NCBI GenBank assembly: GCA_963708185.1
Contig: OY970195.1
Coordinates: forward strand, 800,001 to 864,000
DNA length: 64,000 bases
Source: Candidatus Peregrinibacteria bacterium
GTDB lineage: Bacteria > Patescibacteriota > Gracilibacteria > UBA1369
Direction of reading: 5' to 3'
In this document: piece after piece, positions 55,400 to 64,000 of the stretch
Layout of the letters: every line of letters begins with the position of its first letter
Numbering within the stretch: position 1 is the stretch's first letter
Made by a program: the position numbers and the translations under genes
The notes under the pieces: generated by a model
What the model was told of the DNA's origin: nothing
Databases searched by the model: none
What the model saw: only the letters and a program-made list of their open reading frames with translations

Positions 55400-55873
55400 T
55401 CAGAGGGCTCCGTTCTGCAATAAACGGCATAAAGGGGCCTCTTTTTGGATGTGAAGAGGGAGATTTGGCAGAAGCTGTCGTAAAAGGAGATTCAGGGTCT
55501 GGGTGTAGCGGTTCTTGAAATACTCCGGAAGAAAACCCTGACGGATCTTGGCCTGGATGGAAAGCCCCACCCAGAAAGCTGCCGTAAAGCGCGCATGAAC
55601 TTCTTCCGGCCTCATCCCCCATTTCGACGCGTCTTCAACAAGAGAAAGTTTTTCCTCCGGAGATTTGGCTCCTGCGAGCTTCAGCATGACGGGCTTCAGG
55701 GCAGTTTCGGGGAACTGGCAGGCTGTCATGGCTTTTACCCATTCCTGCCCTATTTTTTTGGTTGTTTCAGGCGTTTGCGAAAGCCTTTCGGGAAAAGTTT
55801 CCCGATCATTTTGCGGAGACGTTATTCTTGTTTCGGAGTTACGATCTGAAAAAAATTTTTGCTGGGGTTTCAT
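55400..55873 (-). CDS. Hypothetical protein
   Basis: ATG at 55873 after an AT-rich stretch; convergent with thrS; no motif. Confidence 0.55.
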   Translation of the reverse strand: MKPQQKFFSDRNSETRITSPQNDRETFPERLSQTPETTKKIGQEWVKAMTACQFPETALKPVMLKLAGAKSPEEKLSLVEDASKWGMRPEEVHARFTAAFWVGLSIQAKIRQGFLPEYFKNRYTQTLNLLLRQLLPNLPLHIQKEAPLCRLLQNGAL

Positions 55874-55895
55874 AATTGAAATTGGTTTCACGTAT

Positions 55896-56035
55896 AAAAA
55901 CTGCTGCGGGCGGCGATTCGTGACAACTCTATAAGTAAGAAAGAGTATCCGAACCGCGCGCCCGCTTTTCCGTAACGGCTGAGGTACGACTGCACCCCGT
56001 AAGCGGGATGACCGTTTGGACACGCGGTGGTCCTG
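55896..56035 (-). ncRNA. Candidate structured intergenic RNA
   Basis: Long imperfect hairpin 55906-55965 with G-U pairs favouring the minus strand, plus smaller upstream hairpins. Confidence 0.35.
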
Positions 56036-56077
56036 TGGTTTCCCTTAAAGTTAAGTTTTTCAAGCAAGAGCGGTGAA

Positions 56078-56494
56078 TCATGTCAGCTCGCGGAGGAGAC
56101 CGACACTTCGCCTTCGAGCTTCTCCGGAGCGGATCTTGTGGACGATGGGCAGGTTATTCGCCTGCTTCTTTTCCGCGAGACGGAGAATCAACTTCTTGAG
56201 CTCGTCGATGCGGCTGGCGCGATGCCCCTGCAACTGGCGGCCCGAAGGTCCCAGGTACTCGTAGAGGAGCCGCGTAGCCGCGAAGATGCGATCGTCAATT
56301 TCGTTTTCCTCCCAAACGGCATCGAGGATCAGTGCATAATACTGCACCGACTGCGACACCTTTTCGGACTTCCGACGAAGCGACTTCCGCAAGCGAGCGA
56401 CGAAGTCGGAAGTCAGCTTGATCCCAAGATCGTGAGCCGCCTTGATGTCCGATTCCACGAAGAGCTGCTGCACTGCGCGCGACTTTTTCCCCAT
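56078..56494 (-). CDS. Basic hypothetical protein
   Basis: ATG at 56494 after purine-rich gggaaggga; Arg/Lys-rich; start uncertain. Confidence 0.55.
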   Translation of the reverse strand: MGKKSRAVQQLFVESDIKAAHDLGIKLTSDFVARLRKSLRRKSEKVSQSVQYYALILDAVWEENEIDDRIFAATRLLYEYLGPSGRQLQGHRASRIDELKKLILRLAEKKQANNLPIVHKIRSGEARRRSVGLLRELT

Positions 56495-56815
56495 CTTATT
56501 TCCCTTCCCTTTCCTGCTTCTGCTTTGGACTTGTAGATGTTTAAGGGTCAAACCACACCCCTGATTTGCCGACATCACCATTGATGCCTGCAAAGAGAGG
56601 GTGTGATAGACAATCTGGTTGTAAAAGAACATAAAAATAACCTCTTGGCGTGGGCGAGGAGGTTCATGTGATCATTTCTTAAAACATTTGAAGAACGTTA
56701 CGTTAACCTCTCGCACACATCACCGGCTTCAGCACGCAAAGCTTCATCCAGGAGGGTGTAATAATGAGGTTGTTGGTCAAGGTTCTTGTCATGGTTTTAT
56801 CAGAGAATTGTGCAC

Positions 56816-56843
56816 AGTATAGGGATTATTTGCGAATTGTCAA
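56816..56843 (-). promoter_or_regulatory. sigma70-type promoter (leftward)
   Basis: TTGACA-16 bp-TATACT on the minus strand. Confidence 0.65.
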
Positions 56844-56904
56844 GAAGGCTCCTATGGCTTAATCATTATGACTTTCACTTTTCCTATTGCGGCTGCCGAG
56901 ACTA

Positions 56905-56933
56905 TTGACTATTTCCAATATTTATTTTATAAT
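56905..56933 (+). promoter_or_regulatory. sigma70-type promoter (rightward)
   Basis: TTGACT-17 bp-TATAAT. Confidence 0.75.
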
Positions 56934-56956
56934 TGCAATCCATTCTTTTCTTTCTT

Positions 56957-58360
56957 ATGACTTCACAGGAACGCCATCAAAAAGACGAGACGTTTGAAGC
57001 TTACCGCGACCGGCATAATGTGCAGGCGGAAGAAGCCATGTTTCTGCGCAGCCTCGGCCTGAACGTGGAAGGCGAAGAGAACGATGAAACGAAATCTGTC
57101 AGCGACCAGGTTGCGGAAAAGATCGAGCATATCTTTCGCTTCGTCGATAAGGCTTTTGAAGGGCACGGCATCAAGGACGCGGATATCACGCTCAACCTCC
57201 GCGAGCTTCTTTTGAAAGACCTTTCACCGTTCCTCAAAAAAGATAAAAGTTCGGTCTCAATGATGGATATTTCCACACTTGGACTGGTTGACGAAAGTAA
57301 AATCCGCGCGTTCCTGCAACGCCATGGCGTGAACCTTGACCGTCCTGCGGAACTCCAATATGCCCTCAACGTTTTCCGGGAGGCCGTTGAATTTTACGAC
57401 AATGAAATAGCGCGCGGGAAAACTCCGAAAATCCACAAAACCCTCGGCAAGTTTTCCGGCGCCGAAGATATTTATAATCTTTTTCAGACATCGTCAGGCC
57501 AGGGAATACGCCATCTTATCCCCCAGGCCTGTGCAATTTTGCGTATTGGCATGGTCATCGATTTTATCCAGAAAGACCCTTTGATTTCACACTTGTCCCA
57601 CGTGCAGGGAGAGCTGAAGAACGCGGTGCATCGGCACGTACGTCAGGTCGGCAACACCTTCATGTACCACAGCGGCGATCCACAGGAAAAACCGATTCCG
57701 CTTATTACCGCTGAAACCCGTGTAAAAACCCGCGAACGGATCATCATGAAACTTCTTCACAAGCCGAGCAACAGCACTTCGGAAGTGCTCGACCACATCG
57801 GTTACCGTTTCGTGACCGAATCGGCCATCGATACGCTCCGTCTTATTTACCAGATGTTTTTCGACAAGAACACCGCCGTACTTCCGGCCCTCAATATACG
57901 CGTCAACAAGACCAAACAGAGTCTCGTCGATCCAAAGATCCTCATGGCAGCGCTCAAGGACGCCCGTGAGGCTGAAGAGCTTTTTGCCCAGCTTTCCGAA
58001 GACACCATCAACCACCAGGACGTTGATACTGAATCGTTGACAGGAACCGACAATGCCCATTCGTCCAAGAATTATCGCGCGATTCACCTGACGATCGACT
58101 TTCCGGTCATCATTAACGGTCTTCAGCAGTTTTTCCCCATTGAAATACAGTTCGTGGACAAGACCGCCCATCGCGACAACGATGAACTTGCTCCCCATGC
58201 GGATTACGTTGAAAAACAACGGCAGGCTGCCTCTGAACGCGTCATCGGCAACAATCTCCATTCCAACTATCAAATCCAACGCCAACATTACAGCAAAAAC
58301 GGTAAAACTGCCCGGAAAGCGAAAAAAGTGAAAGCAAAAAAAAGTTTCCCGTCAGATTAG
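56957..58360 (+). CDS. RelA/SpoT-synthetase-like nucleotidyltransferase (TIGR04552/TIGR04562-like)
   Basis: RVKTRERIIMKLLHKP, DHIGYRFVT, NAHSSKNYRAIH, FFPIEIQFVD, HADY. Confidence 0.75.
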   Translation: MTSQERHQKDETFEAYRDRHNVQAEEAMFLRSLGLNVEGEENDETKSVSDQVAEKIEHIFRFVDKAFEGHGIKDADITLNLRELLLKDLSPFLKKDKSSVSMMDISTLGLVDESKIRAFLQRHGVNLDRPAELQYALNVFREAVEFYDNEIARGKTPKIHKTLGKFSGAEDIYNLFQTSSGQGIRHLIPQACAILRIGMVIDFIQKDPLISHLSHVQGELKNAVHRHVRQVGNTFMYHSGDPQEKPIPLITAETRVKTRERIIMKLLHKPSNSTSEVLDHIGYRFVTESAIDTLRLIYQMFFDKNTAVLPALNIRVNKTKQSLVDPKILMAALKDAREAEELFAQLSEDTINHQDVDTESLTGTDNAHSSKNYRAIHLTIDFPVIINGLQQFFPIEIQFVDKTAHRDNDELAPHADYVEKQRQAASERVIGNNLHSNYQIQRQHYSKNGKTARKAKKVKAKKSFPSD

Positions 58361-59373
58361 ACTCCGTATTTCGTCATCAAACTGTCGGCCAGATCGTTGA
58401 GCTGTTGGCCGAGATTTTGCAATGTGGTGTCTTTGGCGACTCCCTGGGCCGAGTCATTTTTGGCTTCATCGGCAAGGTTTTTTAACTGCGTAAAATCTTT
58501 TTGAACGGCGGCTCCGTATGCTTCGAAAAGTTTCTCGAATCCCTGGGCCATGAGGCTCGCTCCCTGGGTGACGTTGGAATTTGGATCTTCCTTCACGGCG
58601 TTATCGGTGTAGAAAACTGCTTCCTGGGCACGGGTCAGGGCGATTTCAATATCACCTTCCTTGACGTGAATGAGCGCATCGACAAGTTTGGCTTCCGCAG
58701 TACTGAGGAGATCCTGGGTCGTCCCGCCGTTTTTGACGATGTACATTTTGTACAAAATTTCAGCGCAATCGGCACGGGAAAGGTACTTTCCGGGTTCGAG
58801 TCGATTGTCGATGGTCGGTTCAACAATACCGACGTTTTTTGCGTAATTGAAGTACGGGACATACCAGTCACTGACGTTTACAATATCGCGTGAAAGCGCA
58901 TACTGGACCGTTTGATAGTCACTGAGATCAACGTTAAAAGCCTGCTCGGTCATTTTCAGGAATTCGGCTTTATTGACCTGGCGCGCCGGAGCGAACGTTC
59001 CGTCGGGATTTCCGTTGACGATCTTTAAATTCTGGCCGTTAAAAACATATCCGCTGAACCAATCACTGAGTTTCACGTCTGGAAATCCGGTCTGGTAAAG
59101 GCCGCTCGTGACCTGGACTCCGGCAGTCAAAAGAACCATCTTGAGGGCTTCGGCACGGTTCACTGCCTGATCGGGACGGAACGTCCCGTCGTTGTATCCC
59201 TGCACGACTCCAAGGTTTTTCAGGCTTTCGACTGCGGAATAGTAGGGACTCCCTGATGGAACGTCCGTAAAAGACGATGCGAAAATTTTCTGTACCCCCG
59301 TGAAGGACAATGCCAGGACGAGCAGAAACTGGACACCAATTCGTACAGAAAAACATACAGATGATCGATTCAT
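58357..59373 (-). CDS. SLH-domain surface protein with helical C-terminus
   Basis: Signal peptide; GVVQGYNDGTFRPDQAVNRAEALK and IVNGNPDGTFAPARQVNKAEFLK. Confidence 0.9.
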   Translation of the reverse strand: MNRSSVCFSVRIGVQFLLVLALSFTGVQKIFASSFTDVPSGSPYYSAVESLKNLGVVQGYNDGTFRPDQAVNRAEALKMVLLTAGVQVTSGLYQTGFPDVKLSDWFSGYVFNGQNLKIVNGNPDGTFAPARQVNKAEFLKMTEQAFNVDLSDYQTVQYALSRDIVNVSDWYVPYFNYAKNVGIVEPTIDNRLEPGKYLSRADCAEILYKMYIVKNGGTTQDLLSTAEAKLVDALIHVKEGDIEIALTRAQEAVFYTDNAVKEDPNSNVTQGASLMAQGFEKLFEAYGAAVQKDFTQLKNLADEAKNDSAQGVAKDTTLQNLGQQLNDLADSLMTKYGV

Positions 59374-59404
59374 TCCTCGGTATTAAATGTCATGAATCTC
59401 CAGC

Positions 59405-60466
59405 TTAGCTTGGCGGCAGCTGGTTGAGAATTTCGTTGGCACGGTCTTTGATATGGCGGGCGATGGGCTGGATATCGTGGTTGACGTCCCAGGCTTCGGT
59501 CGCCTTGGTGATGGCCTGTTCCGCCCAGTTTTTAGCGCCGGCGTAATCCTTGGCGATCGCGGAAATGAAAGCGTTCATGAGGTAATCGTAGGCTTTGGCA
59601 AGTTTGGCCGCGGAGAGGACGACGTTATCCGTCGGCATATTCGTGTAAGCCTGCTGGCTGAAATCCACGGCGAGTTCTGAAGCGCGCTTCGCGGCCACGG
59701 TATTGTTGGCAGCCACGTAAATTTCGATCTGGCCCATTTCCGCTTCGGTCTGGTCGATGAGAAACTGGGTATTTTTATCGCTCCTGATAACGATCATCAA
59801 ATAGAGGATTTCGGCTACGTCGCCGCGTGTGAGCGACCGTCCCGGATAGAGCATGTTCTGGTCATCTTTGGAGATCAGTCCCGCTTCGCCGGCATAGTTC
59901 ATGTACGGCGTGAACCATGCGTCGGCCGGAACATCAGGAAACATCGACTGTCCGACCCACTTGTCGGTCTTGAAACCGTTCAAAATCAACAACATTTTCA
60001 GGAATTCGGCGCGAATGACGTTCCTGGCGGGAGCGAACGTTCCGTCGGGATTTCCGTTGACGATGCCGAGTGTTTTTGCCTGTTCGACATATTTTGCGAA
60101 CCAATCGTCCGCCTTGTAATCCGAAAAACTTGCCTGGGCAACGGTGTCCGGCACCTGAACCTTGTTTCCGATCAGGAGGATCTTGAGCGCTTCCGCCCTG
60201 TTCACAAGATTTTCCGGTTTGAACGTCCCATCATCGTAGCCGTCAAGAATTCCCTGTTTTTTCAAATACATGATGGCGACATAGTTGGGATGCGTCTGAG
60301 GGACGTCGGAAAAGCCGTCCGCCTGCTGGGTTGCCGTTACGGCGGCTTGTGTCGTTGCCTGCGTGGAAGTATCAGTTGTTGATGTGGCGGTCGTGTCCGT
60401 GAGGGCGTACACGTTACTCGTTACCAGAAACGAAATCAGAAAACCGATGGCAATTTTCTTTTTCAT
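59405..60466 (-). CDS. SLH-domain surface protein, paralog of the adjacent gene
   Basis: GILDGYDDGTFKPENLVNRAEALK and IVNGNPDGTFAPARNVIRAEFLK; similar helical C-domain. Confidence 0.9.
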   Translation of the reverse strand: MKKKIAIGFLISFLVTSNVYALTDTTATSTTDTSTQATTQAAVTATQQADGFSDVPQTHPNYVAIMYLKKQGILDGYDDGTFKPENLVNRAEALKILLIGNKVQVPDTVAQASFSDYKADDWFAKYVEQAKTLGIVNGNPDGTFAPARNVIRAEFLKMLLILNGFKTDKWVGQSMFPDVPADAWFTPYMNYAGEAGLISKDDQNMLYPGRSLTRGDVAEILYLMIVIRSDKNTQFLIDQTEAEMGQIEIYVAANNTVAAKRASELAVDFSQQAYTNMPTDNVVLSAAKLAKAYDYLMNAFISAIAKDYAGAKNWAEQAITKATEAWDVNHDIQPIARHIKDRANEILNQLPPS

Positions 60467-60593
60467 AATTTTTCTGTCAATTGAGTGTGGAAGTTACTTT
60501 TTATTATACATTCTTTTAATTTTTTTTCCAGAATAGAATATTTTCAAAAATATTCAAGAATGATTTTCTGGATGACGGCTTTTTCTTGTTATT

Positions 60594-63500
60594 TTATTTG
60601 AATTCGGTAACGATAACGACTCCGTTTGCGCCGGCGCCGCCGTCTCTATTGGTATTACTCTGGGTTAACGCTCCGCTTCCACCGGAACCATACGTGTTAC
60701 CAGCGTTACCCGTATTCGTCGAACTGACGCCCACGGCGCCCCCGCCGAAGAACGATCCGCCGCCTGATCCTGAAACTCCGTTCCCGCCTGAGAGATGCAA
60801 TCCAGGGCTTCCCGCGTCTCCTGTAGTGTTGATGTCGCCACCTGAACCTGCCCCTCCGGTTCCCGGGTCGGTCGACGAAGAGGTCCCGGATGTTGATCCA
60901 GGTCCTCCGCTTCCTCCGCTTCCTCCGGTTGCGCTCAAAAGGCCTGTCCCGAAAGTTGAGGTTCCGCCTGTGGATCCTGATCCGCTACTGGCACCAGCGC
61001 CTCCCCCGCCTCCGGTACCGACAGCATAGGCATAGCTTGCGGCAGGATTGACGATTAAGCGTCTGGTATATCCGCCGCCGCCGCCGCCAGCCCCGGCTCC
61101 CGTACCGAAACCCGTACCGTTGGAACCGCCGCCTCCTCCTCCTCCTCCGACAACTTCAACCATGATGGCGGTGACGCCAGCCGGGGTTGTATACGTGCCG
61201 CTTCCTGAAGTAAAGATCTGTCGGCTTGAGGGTCCGGGAGTAGCCCATAAGGTGTTCGTACCGTTTGTCTGTAAATACTTGTTGGCGTTTCCCGTTTGCG
61301 AGGGTAACGAAGAAGAACTGGTGTTGCCGTAGCCCGTGAAAATCCATAATGATTGCGTCGAGTCGTACATGAATCTGGCCACGGCGGGTCCGGGGACCGC
61401 GAGGTCTCCACCGGTCAACGTGAGAATCCTGTTGGCGGCCGTCGACCCTGCGTTTTGATTGGAAAGGGTCATGGTGTTGGTTGTGGTGTTGTAGAGATTG
61501 AGCATTTTCCCGTTCGCCCCGCTGCCAATCCCGGTAATGGAAAATGCAGCGCTCGGTCCGGTGATGCGAACGTTCGATGAACCGTCAATGGCGATATTGT
61601 TGTTGGCGCCGTTGGCGAGCGTGAGCGAGGTGCTGCGCAGCGCGAGGTCTCCGTTGACGTCGAGTTTGGTATTGGGAGCGGCAGTGCCTACTCCGTAACT
61701 GTTATTGGTTGAGGTCCCGTTGTCGACGATATTCGTTGATGCGTTGGTGATCTGGTTTTCCTGAACAAAATTATTTGAACTTGTGTTGTCGACGATGGAG
61801 ATGCCCGATGCAAAGTTTGACGGAGAACCGCGAACGGTGTTTCCGATAAGGGTTGAATAGGTGACGTTCGCAGCAAGCTGGATACCGATGGCCGAGGTAT
61901 TGTTGTTGCCTTCAATGGTGTTGTTCATGACCATGACGTCCTGATCGTTGTTGAGGTAGAGACCAAGGGATCCGGCATTGAAACCTACATTCCTTGCACG
62001 GTTGGAAAAGATGGCCGAGGAAGACGTGTACGTAAAATCATAGGAGGTTTCAGCGGCTTCGTTGACGATCATTTCGGAAATGATGCTGTCCATAATGCCG
62101 TTGCCATAACCGAAGGTTTGACCTGCTACCGGCGCACCGCCGTCAAAATGGACACCGTCAACCCAGCGGTCGGCGGCCACGTCGCGGTCGATAATGTTGC
62201 GGGAAGCCGTAAATCTGGCACCCGACGCCGTCGCTCCATCGGTAAAGACGATGGCGGTATGCGTGGTGGTTTTGGTGCCGATGGACTGGACGACCATATC
62301 GAGAACTTTATTCTGGGCACCGCCGTTCATTTCGATACCGTGGACATCTGGGCCGACCTGAAGCGTGAAATTATTGATGATGACGTTGCTGCGTGGGGAA
62401 GTACCGTTGGAGGCGCCGACCTGAATGACGGCGACATGACTTCCGGTTCCGCCCGTCCAGGTTCCGGTCTGTGCTCTGACCATCGTGCCGGGTCCTTCAC
62501 CTTCGAGTTCGATGTTGTCCTGTGTAATGGTGAGGGGCGCCGTGATATCATGCGTTCCGACGAGAAGTTTCACCACTCCACCACTGGCGCCGAGACTGTT
62601 GATAGCTCCCTGGATGTTCATTCCGGGAGAAACGTTAATGGTTCGGTCGGGAACCGTGGTGATCGTGCCGCTTGTGACCACGTTACTTCCTCCGACGATC
62701 GTCACCGGCCAGTCGAGAACCTTCAAAGGATCCCTGCTTAAAAGGTTAATCACGGTTATGACAGAGCTTGAACTTAAACCTGATGACGCAACAGTGTTTA
62801 AAAGTGTTCCGGTTCCAGTGGATTCCGTACACTGGTTGAAGGTGGCGATGGTGACCGGTTTTGTCCCTGCTGTACTGCTGACACCTATCTTCGAACCGTT
62901 GACGATAAAGTTCACCTGGGTGAACTGTATGGCGCTGTTGGATGCGGCATTGTACTGGACATCCATACCCATTGTTGCGGTTATCGCGGCATCAACGCTA
63001 ACGGTCAATGTTTCAAATTTCGAGTCGTAGACGCTCAGTTTTCCCGCACCCTGGACGGCGATGGTCGTGAGCGCGGTATTGGTTCCTCTTATTTTTATGT
63101 TGGCGAGGTTGACCGTGGTTGTTACCGGATAGGTGCCGGGGTCCACCCACATTTCGCCTCCGGAAAGCGTGTTCAAATAGGCCGCGGCCGCGGAAATGGT
63201 GGTATAGTCGCGTCCGCTCGGGCCGACGGTTACGATTTTCGACGCCGTCGAAGCGGTGATCGAACCTTGCAAAGGCTTCCAGATCGTTCCGTTCCAGTCG
63301 TAGGTTCCGGTACCGCAGCTTGGACTGACGCATCCCGGGGCAACCGAATCGGTGGCCGTCAATTCTACGATGCGTCCCGTGTCCGTTGCAGGGAGACCTC
63401 CGGCTCCTCCGGGCATGGCCGTGACGTTTTCGACGCGGAAGGTGGTGAGCTGGTTATTGTTGAGATCCAGCTTGTCGTTGAATTCAAAACGGGCCAGGGT

Positions 63501-63734
63501 CTGGTTATACAGGAGTGTCTTCGCCAATGTTGATCCGAACTGCAGCACGATGTTGCCTGCATTACTATTGTTGTTGTCGATGACGAGATTGTCGGAATCG
63601 ACCGTCGCAAAATTATCATCCTGGAAAAGAATCGCCGCATGGGCGGTTGGCGCTGCCTTCAACGATCCGACGGCTATAAATAGCACTGCTATCAGAATCG
63701 TTGTTCCAAATTTTTTTCGGATGTGATCCACCAT
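60594..63734 (-). CDS. Secreted tailspike/tail-fibre-like mosaic protein (beta-helix modules and Gly-rich C-terminal domain)
   Basis: Signal peptide ending AHA; DYTTISAA...VDPGTY and IQGAINSL..GGVVKL..GTH beta-helix caps; GVGTAAPNTKLDVNG; KYLQTNGTNTLW; VVGGGGGGGG...GANGVVIVTEF. Confidence 0.8.
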   Translation of the reverse strand: MVDHIRKKFGTTILIAVLFIAVGSLKAAPTAHAAILFQDDNFATVDSDNLVIDNNNSNAGNIVLQFGSTLAKTLLYNQTLARFEFNDKLDLNNNQLTTFRVENVTAMPGGAGGLPATDTGRIVELTATDSVAPGCVSPSCGTGTYDWNGTIWKPLQGSITASTASKIVTVGPSGRDYTTISAAAAYLNTLSGGEMWVDPGTYPVTTTVNLANIKIRGTNTALTTIAVQGAGKLSVYDSKFETLTVSVDAAITATMGMDVQYNAASNSAIQFTQVNFIVNGSKIGVSSTAGTKPVTIATFNQCTESTGTGTLLNTVASSGLSSSSVITVINLLSRDPLKVLDWPVTIVGGSNVVTSGTITTVPDRTINVSPGMNIQGAINSLGASGGVVKLLVGTHDITAPLTITQDNIELEGEGPGTMVRAQTGTWTGGTGSHVAVIQVGASNGTSPRSNVIINNFTLQVGPDVHGIEMNGGAQNKVLDMVVQSIGTKTTTHTAIVFTDGATASGARFTASRNIIDRDVAADRWVDGVHFDGGAPVAGQTFGYGNGIMDSIISEMIVNEAAETSYDFTYTSSSAIFSNRARNVGFNAGSLGLYLNNDQDVMVMNNTIEGNNNTSAIGIQLAANVTYSTLIGNTVRGSPSNFASGISIVDNTSSNNFVQENQITNASTNIVDNGTSTNNSYGVGTAAPNTKLDVNGDLALRSTSLTLANGANNNIAIDGSSNVRITGPSAAFSITGIGSGANGKMLNLYNTTTNTMTLSNQNAGSTAANRILTLTGGDLAVPGPAVARFMYDSTQSLWIFTGYGNTSSSSLPSQTGNANKYLQTNGTNTLWATPGPSSRQIFTSGSGTYTTPAGVTAIMVEVVGGGGGGGGSNGTGFGTGAGAGGGGGGYTRRLIVNPAASYAYAVGTGGGGGAGASSGSGSTGGTSTFGTGLLSATGGSGGSGGPGSTSGTSSSTDPGTGGAGSGGDINTTGDAGSPGLHLSGGNGVSGSGGGSFFGGGAVGVSSTNTGNAGNTYGSGGSGALTQSNTNRDGGAGANGVVIVTEFK

Positions 63735-63761
63735 AATACTTTGAGAGTAATAATCACGACA

Positions 63762-63787
63762 GTGTCCCGCACCGTGGTGCGGGACAC
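63762..63787. other. Perfect GC-rich intergenic hairpin without a U-tract
   Basis: gtgtcccgcacc-gt-ggtgcgggacac. Confidence 0.7.
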
Positions 63788-63797
63788 AACCTGACTA

Positions 63798-64000
63798 TTA
63801 ATTGTTGTAGACGAGTTTTGCCGTACCTGCATCAGCGAAAGTTGTTCCGCCGGTGCGATCGTAGAGTTTGACGTCTACTTCCATGGTATCGCCTGCAGTC
63901 AGCGTGGCGCATCCTGCGTTGAGGGTGGCGGCGGTAATCGTTGCCGTTGACCAGACGTTGGCCGTAGCAAGACCTGCACTGGAGCCGCAAGTTGTAGCGG
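63798..64000 (-). CDS. C-terminal end of a Thr/Ala-rich, probably extracellular protein (partial)
   Basis: Open frame ATTCGSSAGLATANVWST...AGTAKLVYNN* not in the ORF track. Confidence 0.75.
   Translation of the reverse strand, partial: ATTCGSSAGLATANVWSTATITAATLNAGCATLTAGDTMEVDVKLYDRTGGTTFADAGTAKLVYNN

Noticed and set aside
55948-55982. agccg...gaaa...cggttc on the minus strand resembles group II intron domain V
   Set aside because: The internal pairing and AC bulge do not fit, and no intron ORF or other domains are present
1-64000. Genetic code 25 (TGA=Gly) as in Gracilibacteria/Absconditabacteria
   Set aside because: Long genes are intact in code 11, including Gly-rich ones, and TGA ends yebC at its normal C-terminus

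Overview
Chromosomal segment of a bacterium read in standard code 11 (TGA acts as stop). The gene content (many SLH surface proteins, short PilB and GspG-like pilin, rplJ-rplL detached from rpoB, no Shine-Dalgarno at ribosomal-protein starts) points by inference to Patescibacteria/CPR, most likely Peregrinibacteria-like. Housekeeping genes are malic enzyme, yebC, nrnA, sua5, recJ, miaA, rplJL with L10 leader, uvrA, prsW, recF and thrS. They surround a ~28 kb envelope locus: a type IV pilus cluster (pilN/O/B/C plus pilin), a 5,555-aa secreted protein, and four tightly linked secreted proteins that end in related Cys motifs. The giant protein has a gingipain-like N-terminus, a duplicated Ca-repeat/SLH anchor module, Ig-like, FG-GAP and PKD domains, and a central hydrophobic/Cys/Pro-rich core. 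This five-gene unit is the best candidate for an undescribed host-contact apparatus. Three apparent single-base deletions (SLH gene, GDPD, miaA) all fall in a GGGCC(C) context, suggesting a methylation-linked sequencing artefact. No tRNA, rRNA, CRISPR array, integrase or transposase was found. Family assignments come from motif recognition, not database searches.
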